Source: Bugula neritina (Eukaryota > Animalia > Bryozoa). Taken from it: 64,000 nt of DNA. Position numbers and translations under genes: made by a program. Each line of letters starts with the position of its first letter. Within the stretch, counting starts at the first letter, position 1. This document shows, piece by piece, positions 60,401-64,000 of the stretch. The stretch is from positions 6,618,889-6,682,888 of the forward strand of contig OZ037772.1 of the NCBI GenBank assembly GCA_964035545.1, written 5' to 3'. The notes beneath the pieces were generated by a model. The model saw only the letters and a list, made by a program, of their open reading frames with translations, was not told where the DNA came from and searched no databases.

Positions 60401-63400
60401 ATAATCATAGAGTGTACCTTTCGATAGGTGTGGAGAGTGTAATGGATTTCAGTGGTGCAATTTATGTTAGTATTATATCGAAAGGGTCGACTCTATACTG
60501 TATGCTATAGTGGAGTTCGACTACATCGACCTCCTGCGACTTGTAGCTATAGCCAACAGTGGCACCACTAGTATTGACCAATCAGGACTGACATTCTAAT
60601 TGATAGCAGGTGGAGCTAGCTACTCGTAGTGGAAGCGCGCTGAGTAGCTAGCCAGGCAGAGCAGCTTGGGACTTCATTTAGAGTAGTTGTGTATTAAAGC
60701 TCACTTATTATGTAACCGTTTCTATTGATGTTTAGCAGTAATTAGAACTTCTTGTATCGTGTAAATAATAAACTTATCATAGCGTAAACAACCTGGTGTA
60801 GTGGCTTTGTTTAAGTTGACCCACGCATAATATAGTGAATTGTGAAATTTACTACGATAGCAATTGTCGAGTTTAAACTATAACGTACAATGCAATAGGC
60901 TACGCAAATGTACGATTTAGTAAATGTATAACAGATAACTGCTGCCTGATCCTAATTCAATTAAATGATAATTGAATGACATAAAACCTATTGTGACTTA
61001 CAATTTAAAACACTTTAGTACCCTGGAAAAGTTCCTATTAAATCTTGACTGAATAAAAAGTCAAATTATTGCATGATCAATAAATCTGCATTAATATATC
61101 AGGGAAATGAGTTATTTTGGCGCTTACCAAAAACAAACTTTGCTTGGTGAAACTAACATATGTTCAACGCCTTAGACTGTTTTGAAACACTGCATTATGT
61201 AATCAAATCAAAATTTTAGATCAAGAGAGACATGATTTTAAATCTCTTACATCACTGAGAAAAGAAGTCAATACTTACCTCGCGAGTCAGCTGAGTGTAC
61301 TCGTTGAAAAGATTACCAAGATATGTACTTTTGACAAGAAAGTGTGGAATGATCTTGATGATCAAGAAGAGAAATGTTCAGATGTTATAAGAGAGATAGA
61401 GACAATTAGAGATGAAATGGTGAGTTTGTCATTTAACTGCCTTCCACATATCATTGCTTGTTTTAAGTCTCATCACAAGCATCACAGAATTGTTTACAAT
61501 ATTCAATTAGTTAGTATTGAAATTGCCTGGAAACCACAACCATCATCATAATTATTTTCATGTTTATGAGGGCTGTCAACAAACTATAGTTGTAGTAATT
61601 GTGTAAATTGAATTATGGTTTGTTCAAAAGGAAAATTTTTGAAGACACCAGGAGCATGATGTATCACATTAGTTTTTTATTTTGAGAGTAATAAGCAAAG
61701 GAATTATCTTTTATTTCTGCTACAGAAAATCAGAAGTTACTTTCTTACAAGGGCTGCGGATGAAAATAAATTTAAGTTATTTAAGGTCAAAATATTTTTT
61801 AACATGACAGCTATATAATATTCCTATCTGAGTCTTAAATGTTTATATATTGGGCTCAAAAATTTCTGCTTTTAGATCCAAAGAATAACTAATGAGAGTC
61901 AAAAGCTGATTGACAGAGTTATCAATCACAAAGAAGAAGTGACCAATCAGGTGGAAGATTTCTACAACAAGCTGATGCTGAAGAAAGATGGGTTGGAGAA
62001 AACACAAGCTGAGGTGCATCGTCTGCTGAAAGAGGGTCATGTGACTGAGAAGATCAGAGAAAAGAAGAGACTAGCCAAAGAGATGGAAAGGCATGATGTA
62101 GAAAATCTGGGTGATTGTAATCTCACTGATCTACCAACCTTAATAGAGACAGGTTTGTGATGTTTTCAATTGACAATTAAGTAACATCTGCCAATTAGTT
62201 GGCTCTTTCAAGAAATGACTTGCAAAATGTTATCTCTCTCTCTCTCTTTCTCTCTCCCTTTTTCAGTCAGTCGATGCAAATGTGAATGTTTCACAATTTG
62301 GTCTTGAATTTGGTTGCAGCCTTTCACGCAACTCTGTACTGCCAGTGGTCTGTTTTCAGGAACTCAAGTTGATTATTCTCCCTTTCATATTTTTCTTAGC
62401 AACATCTTCAAGTCTGAGTCTAAGCTGCCCTCCATTCCTTTTGCCGTTTTTCAGCTGAAAGTGAATCAATTTTCTTCGTAGCTGGCTATCTTCCTTCCTG
62501 TGCACATGGCTTACCCGTCTCAGGTTATTTTCAAAAAGAATGTCAGCCATGCTTGGCAAGTTGTAACATCTTAGTATTTCTTCATTCATAACTTTGTCAC
62601 ATCATTTTACAGCAAATGTCTCTACTTTGCCGCATCATGAAAGCGCTTAGATTCTTCACCTGTGTCCTTTATAATGTCCATGTTTCTGCTCTATGCAGCA
62701 GACCTGAGAACACCATGAAGTGTTCTGTAGACTTTACACTTCACCCTTATAGATACTCGTCTGCTGTTCTAAAGTCTCTGCTGCAATTCTCCGTAAGCCA
62801 CACTTGCTTTGTCCAGTCTGTTCCGCAGCCCTTTATCTATTTTTGCCAAACAGGAAACAGTGATTCTTAGATTAGTACAAGTACAGCTGGTTCATCATCT
62901 ATTTTGATAACCTCAAGTTAATATGGAGAGTGAATAAGTTTGATTGGCTAGTACATGCATCTACCTTCTGAATGTTGATTTTTTACATTAGTACCTACAT
63001 ACAATATCTTATGTGAGCAGTGAAATACATTTACACACTGTATAAGCTGAAAGATCATTTAGCTATTTCTCTAAAAAGCTGCTAAAGACCCACAACTGTT
63101 AGTCATTACATTTCATGTGTCGCCACCACTGCAAGACAACATAGTTTACTTTAAACCATGTCGATAACTCACTTAACGGTTTGTTTATTGTAGTTGAAAA
63201 ATTAAATTATAAATAAATTATTATTCTTCCTTTGTATGACAAGCACCATAGTCATGCAGTGTGTTAATTTAATACTTCTTAAAAAACCATTACTATGCTA
63301 TATACTATATATGTGCACACATATCACACATATGTACACATACATATACATACACACATACATACATATAATATTATACTGTATATACATAAATACATAA

Positions 63401-64000
63401 CATGCATATATACATGTATGCATCTTATATTCACATATAACACACATAAATTGCACATATGAACATATATAATAATTATAGGAGTTACAGACATCTATAA
63501 GCAAAAATGTACAAAACTTATAGAAATTGCATCAGATACCCATCTAATTTTCTTAGTTATAGGTTTATGGTAACTATCATAAAATCAGGAAATATTTTTG
63601 AGCAAATAAATGCTTTCTAATAAAAATTGATTTCTAATAAACAAACTGAATGATTAACTCTATATTTCATCTTACAGGTCAAAACACAAGTAGACTGTTG
63701 AATCTCAGTCTAGTAATAGTTCCTTCTTCACTGAGATTCATATCTGAACATGAGACAAGTATTGGGTGTTACTCAGCCAATCACAGACAAGACGGTGACA
63801 TACTCATAGGTACTTATAATGGAATACAGTTACTGAGCAGAAATAGTAATGAACTGAGTGGATACAGTACAAGTGAGAAGATAGTAACAGGAGTAGTTGA
63901 GACCCTTCAGAATGCATTCATTCTACACAGAGAAGGTGACATATCTAAGGTAGACATGTGTTTAGCTGGTGACATCACAAAGAGACAACAACTGTTTCAG
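51500..64000 (+). CDS. TRIM-type RING-Bbox-Bbox-CC-beta propeller protein, array copy 4 (3' partial, runs off window)
   Basis: Exons 51500-51669, 51930-52089, 52548-52728, 61220-61419, 61876-62152, 63678->64000; frame is open as far as visible. Intron 3 contains a 7.6-kb Gypsy element and intron 5 a LINE fragment. Confidence 0.85.
53287..53684 (+). repeat. 5' LTR of element C (398 bp)
   Basis: TGTAATG...CACTACA with terminal inverted repeat and internal AATAAA; differs from the 3' LTR by 10 substitutions and one 21-bp indel (hand count). Confidence 0.95.
53728..54577 (+). pseudogene. gag: Gypsy gag (frameshifted near 54110)
   Basis: ORFs 53728-54120 (PPIFSGEEDVEQFI capsid-like motif) and 54032-54577 with the CCHC knuckle CWRCGSGGHFIRSC; split by a ~23-nt deletion relative to element B. 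Confidence 0.85.
54748..59071 (+). pseudogene. pol: Gypsy pol (protease, RT, RNase H, integrase) with several frameshifts and stops
   Basis: LDTG protease; WRFCVDY, LPFGL and YLDD in RT; DTDAS and TDH in RNase H; integrase with C-x2-C, VAVDLVGP, GNGVVERNN and GPY motifs; spread over at least six partial ORFs. Confidence 0.9.
60438..60856 (+). repeat. 3' LTR of element C (419 bp)
   Basis: Near-identical to 53287-53684; terminal CA mutated to CG; followed by the TSD ATAG. Confidence 0.95.
62260..62990 (-). mobile_element. RTE-clade non-LTR retrotransposon (LINE) 3' fragment
   Basis: Minus-strand translation gives KINIQK, AETWTL..QVKNLSAFMMR and NEEILR..LPSMADIL..NLRRVSHVHR..GKRNGGQLRLRLED, typical of the region C-terminal to RT in RTE elements. 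Absent from the homologous intron of copies 1 and 3. Confidence 0.75.

Larger units (their letters stand above)
53287..60856 (+). mobile_element. Full-length but defective Ty3/Gypsy LTR retrotransposon (element C) in intron 3 of TRIM copy 4
   Basis: LTRs 53287-53684 and 60438-60856, exact 4-bp TSD ATAG (53283-53286 / 60857-60860), purine tract before the 3' LTR, domain order gag-PR-RT-RH-INT. Confidence 0.95.

Overview
AT-rich genomic DNA from an animal (spliceosomal GT-AG introns, long microsatellites; probably an invertebrate, species not determinable). The window is a head-to-tail tandem array of four paralogous TRIM-type genes on the + strand. Each encodes a C3HC4 RING, B-box1, B-box2, a coiled coil and a C-terminal NHL/SGL-like beta-propeller (about 594 aa, 7 coding exons). 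Copies 1-3 splice into complete, intact reading frames (8391-14888, 17724-32609, 38896-44157); copy 4 (51500-) runs off the end of the window in exon 6. Interspersed are three related, sense-oriented, defective Ty3/Gypsy LTR retrotransposons: 2140-7314, about 32842-36940 (truncated), and 53287-60856 (full length, inside intron 3 of copy 4). Also present are a CACTA/EnSpm-like and a Tc1/mariner-like non-autonomous DNA element, an RTE-type LINE fragment, (CT)n and (CA)n repeats, and duplicated upstream modules. The most interesting signal is how the array evolves. The RING exon differs mostly by silent changes. The propeller exon differs overwhelmingly by amino-acid changes, clustered in short patches within a nearly identical framework. 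Exon interiors are homogenised even between copies whose introns cannot be aligned. This is consistent with a rapidly diversifying family of intracellular (possibly immune or restriction-factor-like) TRIM receptors shaped by gene conversion; the function is an inference. All counts and identities were made by hand.
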